Below are positions 39,416-52,808 of a stretch of 64,000 nt of DNA, piece by piece (position 1 is the first letter of the stretch; every line of letters starts with the position of its first letter). Made by a program: the position numbers and the translations under genes. This DNA comes from Bispira polyomma (Eukaryota): positions 31,682,001 through 31,746,000 of the forward strand of contig OZ287750.1 of the NCBI GenBank assembly GCA_965649765.1, in the 5' to 3' direction. Below the pieces are notes generated by a model. It made no database searches and was not told the DNA's origin. It was given only the letters and a program-made list of their open reading frames with translations.

Positions 39416-41789
39416 TGCCCATCCCTCCTGACAGTTCTGCAGGTGCCTAGGTCAGAAACCCAAGTGACATGGGCACGTTATGATAATTAACAACAGAATA
39501 TCTTGCTGCTGCTGGATTCATCTGGAACTGTAGTACATTGTTTTAGTTCATCTATAGCCCTCTACGCTGGGACGTACATCGGTAGTATGGAGGCCGGGTT
39601 TAGCAAACTTTCAAACAAAGATCCCTGCTTCTGAATATGAGAGTGAGGTTCTTGTATTGACGGTTGACCATGTGATCTTGATTTCTGGAGATCTGGTGTG
39701 GATATACATGAGGGGTCCCTGTGAATGCTAGATTCCAGGACATTTATTCTATATGAAAGGCCCTTAGTGCATGCAATATCAAGGCATTCTCTGAGACAGT
39801 TTCCTTTCAGCTTGACTGGACCAGGAGATGGGATGTTATCTAAAGCTTATACACTACTTACAGTGTCGGCTGCTGCGTGGATGGAGATGATGTGTCCTTC
39901 CTCGGCTGTCTGTTGAGAAATGTCTATACTGTCTGCCAACGTGCCGTCTAGACCATTGTATGACTGTTCTATAATGACTACTGTACAGTTCTTTTTCCAC
40001 TGGCCGTGGGTGTGAGGTGTTGCACTTGCGACAGAATACGAAAACTTTCGTCAGAGTAGAGGTTCTGTCTGAATAGTGTGAGTTGACGACTGTCAGTAAA
40101 CATTGCAAATCACATCTGTGAGATCTTTTTTGATGTAGATACTTATAATACGATGTTTAAAATATAGTTGGGCTCTAGGCTTGCCAATTAAAGCACATAA
40201 ATCAACTTTTCAAAACATGAAATACTAAAAATCAAACATTGTGTCTAAAACCACACAATATTTTTCATGGAGACCACTTAATTTGTAAAGAAGAATGACC
40301 CCAACTGTGTTAACCAGGTAGTCGACAGAAGCTTAGCCAATCGGAAGCAAGCAAATGGCCAGTGACGTAGTGGGGGCTGAATCCCCTTAGCTGGTACTAC
40401 CCGGCATCTTGAGCTCAAATGATTCCATGTATACCAGAAATTTTCACATTTTCCCAAAACAAAAGTATTATATATTTATTGTAAGAGTATTCACCCATTA
40501 TATAACATTCCTATAGATTTCTTAAGATCCTAAGATTTTAAAAGTTTAAAATATATCAAGTGAGATGAGGGGTAATGCTAAGCCTTTTGAAACTGAAAAT
40601 AGTTGACTCATATTTAAATAAGATGATAGTTAAATCCTATTTAAAAGATTTGAGCCCAACCATGCTACTGTATGCATTAAACCTTATCACAAGATTTTGA
40701 CAAACTTTTACTATAATGTTTCATGTAGAACATTTAGAATAAAAAATGATTTGCTTTTTATTATCTACACTGTGACGTAAATATGACATTTTTGATGTGG
40801 GCTGGGTGATAGAATGAACCATATCACTGGGCGCCCGTTGATCCAAAAATAATGTTAAAATAAAATATGAACCTTAAACGATTTTTAGTGCTTCATAAAT
40901 ACCAATTTAAAGTTATTTTTCTTTATGGTAGCAATTTTGTACTTCTTTGTTTGTGTTATGTAATTTGCCATTAATTTTCTATATTTCGGTCTATTTATTT
41001 AGAAATATTTTGATCTATATAAGTATAATGATTACATTTTATGAGTGAATAATAAAAGCAAAAAAAAAAACCTTGTGGTGTGTAATAAAAAATATACAAC
41101 TCAAGAAGATAAAACGCCCAACGTTCGTGCCCTATCGGGCTCCTATTGTTTTACTATTATATCAAAGATTCCCGACTTTGAATAGTGTATCACTGAATAA
41201 TTACATCTGAAAGTTGTCACTGAAGTTTCTATCCATAAATATGGATAGGTATTCATGAGAATTGTAGAAAAGTTGTGGAAAAATATTAAAAGATTCGAAA
41301 ATTACTACTTCCTTATTTAACTCTTTGAAGTTATTTCATGTCATTGTTTTTTTTTCTGTAGGTGTTTTGTTTCTTCTTCCTTGGCATGTTTGATCTTTTG
41401 AATGTCATAATTAAATAGACACACTGTGCAGAACAAACCGAACAACATCAATAACAAATCAAAGAACAAAAGTAAAGGTTAAATGTGAAAAGCTAAAAGC
41501 TATACAGGGAACTAAATAAAAAAAATAGTTTATGTACTTTCACAACAAAAACATTGTATTCCATGGCTGAGTGGATCATTAAACCTAGGCCTGCTTGCAG
41601 GAAAAGTTTAGTTAATTTGACTGTAAATATGAGAAATATTAGAGTAATTTCTCTCAGTGCCCCTTATAGGTGTTTTACTTTCTGCACACCCACTATTTAT
41701 GTTAGATTTTATAAAGTCTCTGGGCAACAACAGATTAGAAGACAATACCCTGTTTGATCCTGGGTCTATATCACCAGTTAGGGAGGGTA

Positions 41790-42720
41790 ATTTTTTTTTT
41801 TTTTTTTTATTCACATAAATCATATAGCATCAATACTGTAACATGAAAAACTCAATTTTAAACAACATACGTAAATCATCGATACTGAAACATAAAAAAC
41901 ACAATTTTACACAACATACATAAATCATTAACATGAAAAACACAATTGTACACAACATACAACACAATTTTACACAACATACATAAATCATTGACATGAA
42001 AAACACAATTTTACACAACATATAACACAATTTTACAATATGAAAAAAAAGAAACAACAAAAGACAAGAAATGCAATAACAGTGTTTCACAAGATACACA
42101 ACCTACAAAATCACACTCATTACTAGTGTACTAAATGTTTCCTATATGTTACTTTTACAAAAATAAGAAAAATTCAATGTCTGGCAAACATGTAATCAAT
42201 TTAAAATCTACCGTAACTTACGTAAATAAATTGGCAAATACTGTCTAATTTTGTTGGAATTGACTTTGTCTATCTAATTCAATACTCAGAAAATATTGTT
42301 CTTCACGGTTTGTTTTAAGTCTCCTTTGTAATTCAATCAAAGTTGGCAATGTAGCTTTTATTGCACATGTGAAGATATAGTGTTTGGTGGTAACTAACAA
42401 GGTATTAATTGGGAGGAAGTTGCTGTCCGTGTTAATATGGCCTAGTATAATCTTGATTGGAGTAATGCATATAATTTTTTTTACTTTAACCGCTATCCAC
42501 CTTTTAAATTTTTTCCCAAAGTGTTTTAGCGTTTTCACATAAAACTAGTAGGTGTAGCAATGTTTCTGGATATGAATGACAACATCTACACATTGTAGAA
42601 TCACTTGACCAAAGAGTTTATTTGTTCCCACTATTCGATATAATACTCTATACTGAAACCAAATTAGTTGGTTATTCTTTATTCAGTTAAAACAAGCATG
42701 AAATATTCTTTTCCAAGTTA
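41790..42720 (-). mobile_element. L1/Tx1 LINE 3' end (C-terminal zinc region, 3' UTR with ACACAATTTTACACAACATA repeats, poly-A)
   Basis: WFQYRVLYRIVGTNK...C..C...ETLLHL; poly-T tract at 41790-41808 next to TTTATT. Confidence 0.8.
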
Positions 42721-42726
42721 ATTCAT

Positions 42727-42930
42727 GGGGCCGCGGTGGCCTAGTGGTTAGCAAACATTCCACTTCACAATCACTGGTCTCTCACCTCTGGGTGGCGTGA
42801 GTTCGAATCTCATCGATGCCTATGTTGGAAAGGTGGTAGTTCTATACTGTGGGCCGCTGGTTTCAGTGCAGAACCTTGACCGACTGTATGCAGTGTTTCC
42901 TCCAGCATTTCCAACTACCCGTCCCAATAT
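42727..42930 (+). mobile_element. tRNA-derived SINE, 3'-truncated at the junction with YR element C
   Basis: Same family as 5841; similarity stops after CCCAATATA. Confidence 0.9.
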
Positions 42931-42931
42931 A

Positions 42932-44510
42932 TACACTCTGGTGTCAGCCCTCCTCAGTTCTGGTACAAGGTTAGTGGGGGCCAATTAGGCCACCTGGGGT
43001 CATGGGGCCACATATAAAAGGCTTCAGCGCCTAACCAGCGCCATCATTAAATTTTAGTCTCTCAACACACAAGAGAGTTTTTACAATTGGGCGTCTGCTA
43101 CCCGGTTTTAATTGTTTTAAGTTTCAAATATCTCTTAATATGGCATCCAAACAGGTGTACCAATGTAATGTGTGTATGGAGAAGCACGAAAGACCTGCAG
43201 GCAAAAAGTGTTGCTTTGTAATGGTGGACAGCGTCGCTGATGAAGTACCCACGACTGGTCCTGTTGGAACATCTGATTCTGTGTCAGAGCAAATATTATT
43301 ACAGTTACAATCTTTAAACAACAAGATGGACAATATGGACCAGCATGTGAAGGTTACCGAGGCGGCACTGTGCCAACCCAGCGACAATCAGGCATGTAGT
43401 ACTTTACCTATTGTTAGACCTCAAACTAGTAGTACTGTTTGTAGTGAGAGTGTGGCCAAGGTGCCCCAATCAGTAGGTGAAACTGTTATTCCTTCTCTAG
43501 ATTACTTACGGTCTAATGCTAGTTTGCAAACCCAAGTCGACCAACGGTTGTTGCAGCTACAACAACTGAACGAACTCACTGGGTCAGGTAAACTAAAGTC
43601 CCAGCGGGGCGGTACCGATGCCCCAATTAAACGTGCTGTTGATTGGTGTCAAACTTTGTATTATCTGGTGCTAAGAAAACCCTACGTCTAACGTACGATG
43701 ACTTAATCCTCGTTCAGTTCACGTCAGGTTTTGTTAGGTGTGTCCAAGAACAAAAGTCCCAATAGGTTAAAGAATCCATACTTGAATATTTAGCCAATCT
43801 CATGGATGATGCCCAATATTTTTCGTGGGAGGCCGCCAAGGCCTCACACGCGATATTGCTAACAAACATGCAGTTAAATCGTCTTAAGTGGACGGATGTA
43901 GAAAAGGTTGATCGGATCCGTCAGGCACATGCTCAGCGCCATATATCCAGTAGTACTAGCAGTAGTCATAACTCCAAGGCTGGTGGTAATAGTAAGGGCA
44001 AAAGTCAAAGTAAAAGTCAGGGAGTCAATTGTCGATTTTTCCAGGAGGATACCTGCAAATTTAATGCAAGTCACAGGACCTCTGGACAACTATTCAAACA
44101 CAGTTGTGAATATTGTGAGGGTGCGCATCAGACAAAATTATGTACCAAGAAACTAAGGGCCCACTGCAGTAATGCAGTGGGTATGCCTGTATTTACTAGA
44201 GTTGTATATAGTTCAAATTTTAAAGATTTTAAATTGTTTTCTAATTGTTTTCTAATTTTAAAAAATATGCTTGTTGTGACCAAAAGGTGAAATTGTCCTG
44301 AAGTGATGTGTTGAAAAAGGGAAATAAAAATTTCCCAGTGACCAGTCCTGCTGTGGGTAAAATGGTAGGAAAGTACACACGTCCTCTGGTAGTTGTTAGA
44401 AGCAAAATGTATGTGAATAAATTTTCAACTGATCGGGGAAATGTTAACAATAGAAACAAAGGTGTGTACTCTTCTAACCAGGTCAACAAGTCAGAAAAGC
44501 ACAACAAGGG
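42932..44510 (+). mobile_element. Ngaro-like YR retrotransposon copy C (5' end, frameshifted gag, start of pol)
   Basis: The 5' region is homologous to element B (GGTGTCAGCCC..CTCAGTTCTG...GGGGGCCAATTAGGCCACCTGGGGTCA). The gag pieces 43140-43691 and 43802-44155 are very similar to B gag, with CCCH and CCHC-like fingers. Confidence 0.88.
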
Positions 44511-44514
44511 CTAT

Positions 44515-45775
44515 CCGTCGATTCCCAGAGTTTTATTATTTTTCATATTTTTTAATGCTAAACTTAGTTTTTTAAGTGTTATGGGACCTTCCAATTTAGA
44601 AACTTCTACAAGTGAAAGTTTATTTTTATCGTCGATTGAGCCTTCCCAATTTAAATCTTGTAAATCTTTTTCACTGTTTGCAAAGAGTTTTGCATAAAAG
44701 TTCCTTACTCGGTCAAGTATCTCTTTTTGTAATGTTACTGTATCACCATTTTCGAGTTGATTCTTTTTTATTTTTTTTCTACATATCTATATTTTTTTAG
44801 ATTACAGAAATATTTACTGGGTTTCTCGTTTAAATGTAGGTTCTGTACCATAGATCTTATCATATGGCTATTCATTTGGGACTCTCTTAAACATTGTAAT
44901 TCTTTTTTTTTACTTTACATGCGTTCTAAAGATTCAACGGTTTCCATGTTTTCTAAAATCTCAATCTCAACAGTCAGCCTCTTTTCATCTTGCAGTTTTT
45001 CCCTTTTAACTTTAGTTGCAAATTTGATTGTATCTCCTCTAATTCTTGGGAAAAGCATTTCTAAGAACATGTCATCGGGTATAGTAAATTTAATATCGCT
45101 ATCTGCAATTGAAGCTAAGTTGCTTAAATTATATACAGGTAATGCATATTGTTTTTTTATTTGTACAATAGATTCATTTATCATTCCTAGATAGTGAGGA
45201 TTTTTTAATTGACTACAATTAAGTCTCCAAACTCCTTTACCTTTTTTAAAGTTATTAAGCGTGATATCCATGTTTATATCTTGAATGGTCACTCCGGTAC
45301 CCCGGCTTTATATTACAATATTGAGTCAAGTCAGTTAAGGTGTCTGAAACTAAGAAGTAATCTTGTCGCGCCTGTTTTACTGGATTTCTCCTTCACCAAG
45401 TATATCTCTTAATTGTTAGATTAAAGTATCTGAAGGCATCATACAATTTAAATTGGGTCATTATGTATAAGACAGCTGATCTAGATTGGGGGTTATTTAT
45501 CCCCACATAATTATTTGAGTCTAGCTTTGGGTCAAGGATCAGGTTGAAATCTCCACATATAATTGTATATGTTTCATATGATTCCTCCATATATTCCCTC
45601 AATTTAAAAAAAAATTGTGGATTATCTGTATTTGGCGCATAGATGTTTATTATTCTCAAGGAAAAATCTGCCAGTTGCAAATCTATTAAAAGTACATTAC
45701 CAATACAGTCTTTAACAGTATTTTTCACCTTGAACTCAAAGTCGTTTTTTAAAATGATTGCCACTCCAGGGAGGG
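44515..45775 (-). mobile_element. L1/Tx1 LINE fragment (endonuclease and linker)
   Basis: GVAIIL, INIYAPNTD, GDFN, KGKGVWRLN, EKPSKYF; frameshifted. Confidence 0.85.
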
Positions 45776-45785
45776 TATTGATATA

Positions 45786-45967
45786 CCTGATCACTAGTTA
45801 AAGAGTGTCTTGTTTCATTACTGCCATAGATCATCGAGAAGACATCACTCCCTGAGGTGATTAAGTCAGGATTGATACCAGATCACTAGGTAAAGAGTGT
45901 CTTGATTCATTACTGCCATAGATCATCATGACGCCATCACTCCCTGAGGTGATTAAGTCAGGATTGA
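45786..45967. repeat. Two tandem ~91-bp units
   Basis: GATCACTAG(T/G)TAAAGAGTGTCTTG...CATCACTCCCTGAGGTGATTAAGTCAGGATTGA occurs twice. Confidence 0.85.
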
Positions 45968-46599
45968 GTTTTATTTCAAAACCGGAAAATGAACGGTGGC
46001 ACACTTTGAATGGTCTTGACAACACCTACCCAGCTTTATTATTATTGAAGCAGTTATTGATATGTCATCCTCTAATATGCTCATTATCTAGTTCTATAAC
46101 ATAGCCTGCGTCAGTAGGCAATGTCACGTTCAAATCTTGTCCAAGTATCTTATTCAAGCAAGGGAACTATCAGTACTAGTGAGAGTTAAACTAGGGACCT
46201 TCCGATCACCAGACCACCACAATAACCCAGTTTATACAATCTGCTCTCTCCTTCTTCCTTTCTCCTGCCACAAAACAAAGTGCTCACTAAAAATTACAAG
46301 TTTTGTGAACTGAAATTGCAAGCACAATTAGAAGAGTGCAATGTGCAAACTTCAGTGATAATGCACGGAGGATGATGAAAGGTGGTCTGTCATATTACAA
46401 TTATTGAACTACTTTCCAATCATTTATACCAACTAACATAGTGTTGATGACTGTCTACTTGTTAGATTCTAAACAAAAATGGCATGTATGATTTGATCTG
46501 TAATCTGCTGACCTATCAAACATTTATAGAGCGCCAAATGGCATCGCTGAATTTTGTCAAGCTTGTACACAATATAACAGAGGGCAATTTGGACTCTTT

Positions 46600-47035
46600 A
46601 CAGCCTTGTTGTATTGACCTTACTTATGATGTACTTCCATGAAATGCAATAGTCTTGCCAACAGTTCATGATTGCTTTGCCACCTGGCCCACAGTTTCAA
46701 GACTGAGATAGCTACGTATTCTGAGCAGATCGCGTAGATGGTAGTTGCAGCCCTGGCAGACACTGGCTACATGACTACTGTGTGAGTTATCTTGGCTGAA
46801 CACCAAAGTTCTTTACTTGATAGTGACATATTGTTCTCAAAGAGACTGATCGTGAAGAATGGTTTGAAAATGTCTCTAGTAGCATTGTCACCTATAGTAA
46901 TTAATTCAGTTTTATCTAGGTTGAGTGTAAGCTTGTCATTTCCCATCCATATTTGCACAGCCTCAAGACATTTTGCCAATTCTGATATGCTTGAGTCAAT
47001 GTTTCTTGCATCTGGTGCTAAATATATCTGTGTGT
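46600..47035 (-). mobile_element. L2/CR1-group LINE RT C-terminal fragment
   Basis: TQIYL...CLEAVQIWMGNDKLTLNLDKTE and CNYHLRDLLRIRSYLS. Confidence 0.75.
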
Positions 47036-47202
47036 GTCATAATATCATAATTGATACTATTACAGGCAAAAATCATCTAAATAGAATTGTAAATTTTAGT
47101 TATTTTTTTAGAAAAGCAGTTTTTAGACCCACCAAAATACAGGGAGTGGAGTTTCCCATGAGGGTACTTTTCTATCAGGTCACTTTTAATGAAATTCAAT
47201 GG

Positions 47203-50200
47203 TTTTTTTTATTATTTTTTTTTTAGACATACATTTTAATATCACACTAAACAGAGACATTACACTAAACATGATACAGGTATTAAGCATACGTTTGAAT
47301 ATTACACTAAAGAGATACATTACACTAAACATGATACAGGTATTAAACGTACGTTTGAATATTACACTAAACAGATACATTACACTAAACATGATACAGG
47401 TATTAAACATATGTTTGAATATGACACTACATGAATACAAACACAAAAAACGAAATAACAATACCACAAATGACAACAATTTTTTGTACATTTTGGTTGC
47501 CAGACAGTTAATGTATCAGTAATTTTACTTTATCCTTTAAAAATATGTCACTAAATTGCATACTTTACTATTCTTCTATAATTTCGATGAAGATGGCTTT
47601 TTAAATATTTACACTTTAAATAGTCATATATTCCACTTTATACTTTCAATTACTTTATTTAAATTGTTATCAATTCCTTCATCTGGTTTTATATTTGACA
47701 ATTTATATATTTGAAATTTATTCTTACATATATTTAGAAATTGAGGCAATACAAAGTATTTTTCTTTGCTTCTACAGTGGTTTATGTACCATTTGCCCAG
47801 TATAAAAAACCAATTACCAATTTCTGGCTTATCTTTTTCATCTAAATTTTGATTTAGATTTATTCCAAAAATAATTTCACATATTGTCCATTCTGGCCTA
47901 TTTCTCAAGTTAAGAGACCCTGTTAGCCATTTCTGTAAACTTTCCCAGAAAAGTTTGCTATATGCACACAAGAAAAAATGATGTTCTATTGTATCTATGT
48001 GTTTACAAAAATTGCAGAAGGGATCATCCTTTATATTCCACTTATATAAATTATAATTACAATTTATGATACGATGTATAAGTTTATACTGAAAAGATTG
48101 TAAAAAAGTCTCGTTTATTAGTCTGTGGGTGGCTAGGAAAATATTTTTCGAAGGAGCAACTTCTAGAAATAGGAATAAATCAGCCCATGTACTTATTGCT
48201 GTCGGTTCTTTCTGTTTAATACTTATAATTTTCCAATAAAGAGATTTGTTGATTATTTTGTCAAGTTTTATTAATTTACTCTTTATCCTGATGCATGTTT
48301 CTTCCTCTATGTAAGTACTTAATGAGTGGCCTTTGATCTTTCGTTTCCAAGAAGCAGGAATTGCAGAGCAAATAATATTGCAATTATGTATGCTAATGTT
48401 CCAGTTTAACTTTTGTCTAATTGCCTGAAATTGAAGAAGATTGCCCATGTCATCAGTTAAGCTTTTAACTCTTATGTTGTTTGCAATGTGTTTAGGGAGG
48501 TGGAAGAGTCTATAATCTAAAGACTTGTTGTTAGAGCATATATATTTGTTGTCAAACAGCAGTTCACTATATATTTCATCTACAGGTATAGGAGATCTGC
48601 CTTTCATGAAAAAACCAACACTCTAATAACTGTTTATGGAAAGGAGACAGGCATTTATTACTACATGCTTGAGGTAATTTATTATTTATCTTATTTTTTT
48701 CAATATTTAACATGTACCATGTTAATGTTTTCCAGTGTTCTTTTTCTCTTTCTTTTGAAATTAAACGTTTTACCCAGTTTATTTTTGCCAAGATGTGTAC
48801 GCTAAAGATATCAGGCATTCTAAGACCTCCTTCTGAATAGTTGACTATAATAGAATCTTTTTTGATGGTTTCTTATTCCATAGAAAGCTGAATTGCATTT
48901 TATCTAATTTTTCCAAAAAATATTCTGGACAGTAACACATAGAAAATATGTGACTTATTTGAGGTATAATCAGAGATTTAATTATTACAACTTTTCCTTT
49001 TAACGATAGGTGCCTACTTCCCCATATATAAAAGATCTTTTCTATAGATTTTAACTTGTTTTCAAAATTTAATCGAAACATCTCTTTATGATCATGAGAG
49101 AACCAGATCCCTAGTGTTTTGAAAGGCTTCACACTAAAAGTTAATTTATTTAATTCCTTGGGCACTTTACATATTTTAATTTTAATTTTACCGATAGGTA
49201 CCACCATTGTTTTTGATAGGTTTACTCTTAGCCTGGAGCAGTCTTCAAATCGGTTTAAGGAGGCAATACGTGTTACAATCGATGAGAGACTACTTAAAAA
49301 GAGTGTAGTGTCATCTGCCAATTGACAAATTTTGAGCTCTATGTTTTCTACTTTAATACCATTAATTAGGCTGTTACTTTTGATATGGACTGCCATAATT
49401 TCTGCCACAAGAATAAATAATAGTGCAGACAAGGGGCATCCTTGCCTGATTCCCCTGGTCAAGTTAAAGTAAGCAGAGAAAAAGCCATTGTTACCCACAC
49501 AAAACTTATTATCAGTATACAATAATGTTACCCATTTCCACCAATTTTCTCCGAAATTAAAAGATTTTAGACATTTCAATAAAAAAGGCAATTCTACGTT
49601 ATCAAATGCTTTTTCCAAGTCTACTAATAATATGTATCCAGGTATATTTTTTATGTCACAATATCTTAAAATGTCTTCTATGATTCTTATATTTTGTCCT
49701 ATATATCGGTTTTTATATATCCTACTTGGTCATTACAAATTAATTTTGGTAGCACTTTCCGAAGCCTGTTTGATAGAGCCTTTGTTAGTATCTTATAGTC
49801 TGCATTGAGAACACTTATTGGTCTCCAGTTACTTAAATATCTCACATCTTTTCCATCTTTTGGTATAAGAGTAAGAATTCCGTACTTTTGATCATTTGAT
49901 AGCATACCACTAGACCTAAAGGAAAAGGTAAAGCTATTATAAAGCATATCTTTTATATCAGACCAAAAAAATTTGTAAAAATTGGTGGTGAAACAGTCAT
50001 TACCTGGACTTTTTTCATTCGGTAATTATTTTAATGCCTTCAGGATTTCATCTATTTGTAACATATCTTCACAAATATTCTTTTCTATATCATCCAATCT
50101 CTTAATGTCTGGATTAGTTAAAAATATTTCATCTATGTTAGAGGACTTTGTAACTTTTGTAGCATTCAGGTCTTTATTAAAGTGTCTTTCTTCTTCCAAA

Positions 50201-51325
50201 ATACTTTTGGGTTCTGTAATCTCTTGGTCATTTGTTTTTATTAACTTTTTAATGTATTTATTGTTATAATTCCTTTTCTCTAAATTAAGAAAATATTTTG
50301 TATTTTTCTCTCCTTCCTCCGCCCATTTCGTTTTAGACCTAAGAATAATGCCCTCTTTTTTTTCCCTTTCAAAATTTTCCCATTCTTGTTTCCTTTCATA
50401 GTATTCATTAATTTTATTTGGATTTTCTCCAATTTCATTTTCTAGTTTTTCTATTTTTTGTAACACTTCTTTTTCCTTTTCTCTTTTTTCTCGTGATTTT
50501 ACCTTTGAATAAGATATTGTCACAGTCCTAATTTGACACTTTATAAAATCCCACAACGTATTTTTATTATCAATAATTACCTCATTTCTAATTAAGTCAA
50601 TTTCTTTTTTGATCAAATCGACATATACAGTGTCATATAGCAACTTATTATTATATTTCCAGTATCCAGGCCCCCTTTTCTGAGTTTCATTTACTTCAAA
50701 TTTGATATAAATTAAACTATGATCAGATCTATTCCCAGGTTTTATGTTGCATTCTATTACGTGGCAGGTGCTATGTACTGACATTAACCAAAAATCTAGT
50801 CTTGATTGGACCAATTGAGCCTTTGTTCTTTCTTTTCTTGTAAATTTAAGTTCGTTTGGGTATCTAATTCTCCAGATATCAACTAGATTAAATTCTTACA
50901 TCAGACTCTCTAAGTACTTTGTATACTGAGATGGTTTCTCTAACACGCCTCCCCGTTTATCTAAGTCACTATTCAAACATGTATTGAAATCACCTCCAAC
51001 AATTAGGTGTTGACAATCATAATCTTTAATTATTTCTTTTAATTCAAAGAGAAACTTTAGCTGCAAATCCACATGATCTTTAGTAGGTGCGTATACATTT
51101 ACAAATGTGAGAGATATTCCCTCTATATCACAGACCACGAGAAGTACCCTCCCATCTTTATCCCTTGATATTGTTTTTATGTCAAAATCAAAATTTAGAT
51201 TGGGGGGAATAAGTAAAGCTACTCCCCTGCTTTGACTCGTCCCATATGAAAACACTATTCCCCCCCCTCTTTTTCCCAGAGTCTTTCATCATCCGTGGTA
51301 CAATATGTTTCTTGCAAAAAGATAA
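47203..51325 (-). mobile_element. L1/Tx1-clade LINE, nearly complete ORF2 with frameshifts, 3' UTR and A-rich tail
   Basis: IIFLQET, SRGVALL, NVYAP, GDFN, SRLDFWL, SDH, WRPIS, EKAFD, GIRQGCPLS, LADDTT and C-terminal CxxC...H...C. A 60-bp tandem repeat lies at 47235-47430. Confidence 0.92.
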
Positions 51326-51405
51326 TTTCAGTTCCTCGGAGTAGTGCCTGAGGAAACTCAATTAACCGAACAAGTCATAGAAAGACAATACTGCGGTTAA
51401 ATATA

Positions 51406-51411
51406 TTTATT
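51406..51411 (-). terminator. Polyadenylation signal of element A (equivalent at 57817-57826 in B)
   Basis: AATAAA in the conserved context ATAGTAGCTG...AATAAAT..ATTTAACCGCA in both A and B. Confidence 0.6.
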
Positions 51412-51799
51412 TCATATTTACAGCTACTATTACTAAGATATTTATGTACAGTTCTTTGACATGATATGCACTTTGAGTGAGCATAAGGTCCCCTTAAGTC
51501 AACTGAGTTTAGGACTTTAGGTTAAACCAGAATGAATTTAAGTCACCCTAACTAAGAAAGAAGTTGACTTTAGAAATTTAGATTTAAGTTGAAACTTAGA
51601 TATGACTTTGAAGATTAACAAATTAAAGTTTGACTTAGGTTTTAAGTGGAACTTTAATTACATGAGTACAATATGTACTTTAATAATACAGGGGGACCTT
51701 ATGCCCACAGTTAATTCATTTAGTTTACAGGTAATTAATATGCTACTTGCACTGTTAAACTGACTAGATGTTACAGTGATGCCACCAAACCCCAAAATT

Positions 51800-52785
51800 T
51801 TAGTAGGTATTTTGTAGAATAGTTTTGAAGGAATCGGCAACTTGAGTACCAGCATTGGCAGAATCCGAAATGTAACGCCAGACGCAATCGGACGTCCAGG
51901 TGCCGTGCCTTTGGATGTCCTGAATGGTGACATTATTGTTAAAGGCAAAGGTGGCACCTGAACACCTGAAAGCGTGAAAGGTCAAGCCAGAGTACTGCGG
52001 GCCCAGCATTAGTAAGACATTCTTAAGATGCCTCCGAACCCTAGTATCAGTAAGGGGCAACCAAATGGCATTCTGCTTAAATTGAAACAAGGGCAGATCT
52101 TTCCCTTTAGGAGAAATAGCCAAACAGTTTTTTAAAGCTTGCACCGGACATAAGATGGAATTGGTTAAAGCTGGTATGGTGAGCAAGCGAACGGCATTAT
52201 TGTTTTGAAGGGTTTTAGACCATTTAATAATGAGGACAGCGTACCCTGGCTTGAAAAGAACATCAGCCCTTGCAAGCTGCTTAAGAGGAGAGTAAGCAGC
52301 AACCGAATGAGCACAGAGGTTAGACAGCCTCAGAAAGGAAAAGAAACTAGTAAGATAGACTGCTTTAAAAATTTGACCCATGTAAGTACTGTCGCACTTT
52401 ATAATAAGAGACCTCAACAACTGAACATCGAAAATTGACTTAAGTTTTACTTGCAACGGTCTATGCATCGCCAAAGCTTTATTATAATAGGTAATTCTTT
52501 TATCAGAAAAAACATCTACGGATATATGGAAGAGGACACACTTAGCCTTAATGGCAGCAAGATGATTAAGAACTTGACTAGCCGACACACCATTAAACGT
52601 TAAAAACTCTAAATAAGCTAAGAGATATAACACAGTCACCTTTTGAGGAGGCCAAGACATAAAGGCTCCAAACGCCAAGAACAGCCTGAACATTCTGTTG
52701 TAGGCTCTGTTAGTGGCAGGGGTGAAGGCAAGTACAAGTCTGTCACAAGCTTGCTGCATCAAGGAGATGGCCACAGGTTGTATAT
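51800..52785 (-). CDS. Tyrosine recombinase of element A (probably a spliced second exon)
   Basis: Full catalytic set: R (FLRLSN), K (KWSKT), HxxR (FHAFR), H/W (HGTW), Y (WRY). A splice acceptor GTTTTCTAG| lies at 52786. Confidence 0.92.
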
Positions 52786-52808
52786 CTAGAAAACATGACT
52801 AACACGTG

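Noticed and set aside
45786-45967. Hammerhead ribozyme dimer
   Set aside because: Small hairpins exist, but no correctly arranged CUGANGA and GAAA core was found on either strand.
47235-47430. CRISPR-like array or repeat-protein ORFs
   Set aside because: Head-to-tail 60-bp units with no unique spacers, located in an L1 3' UTR; no cas genes.
51340-51800. Split direct repeats (A2/B1/B2) of Ngaro elements
   Set aside because: No copy of the 5'-end sequence was found by eye in the 3' region of A or B; a dot-plot should confirm this.
51800-52774. Bacterial or phage integrase (contamination or HGT)
   Set aside because: It is linked to gag and RT-RNaseH with eukaryotic splice and poly-A signals, as in YR retrotransposons.
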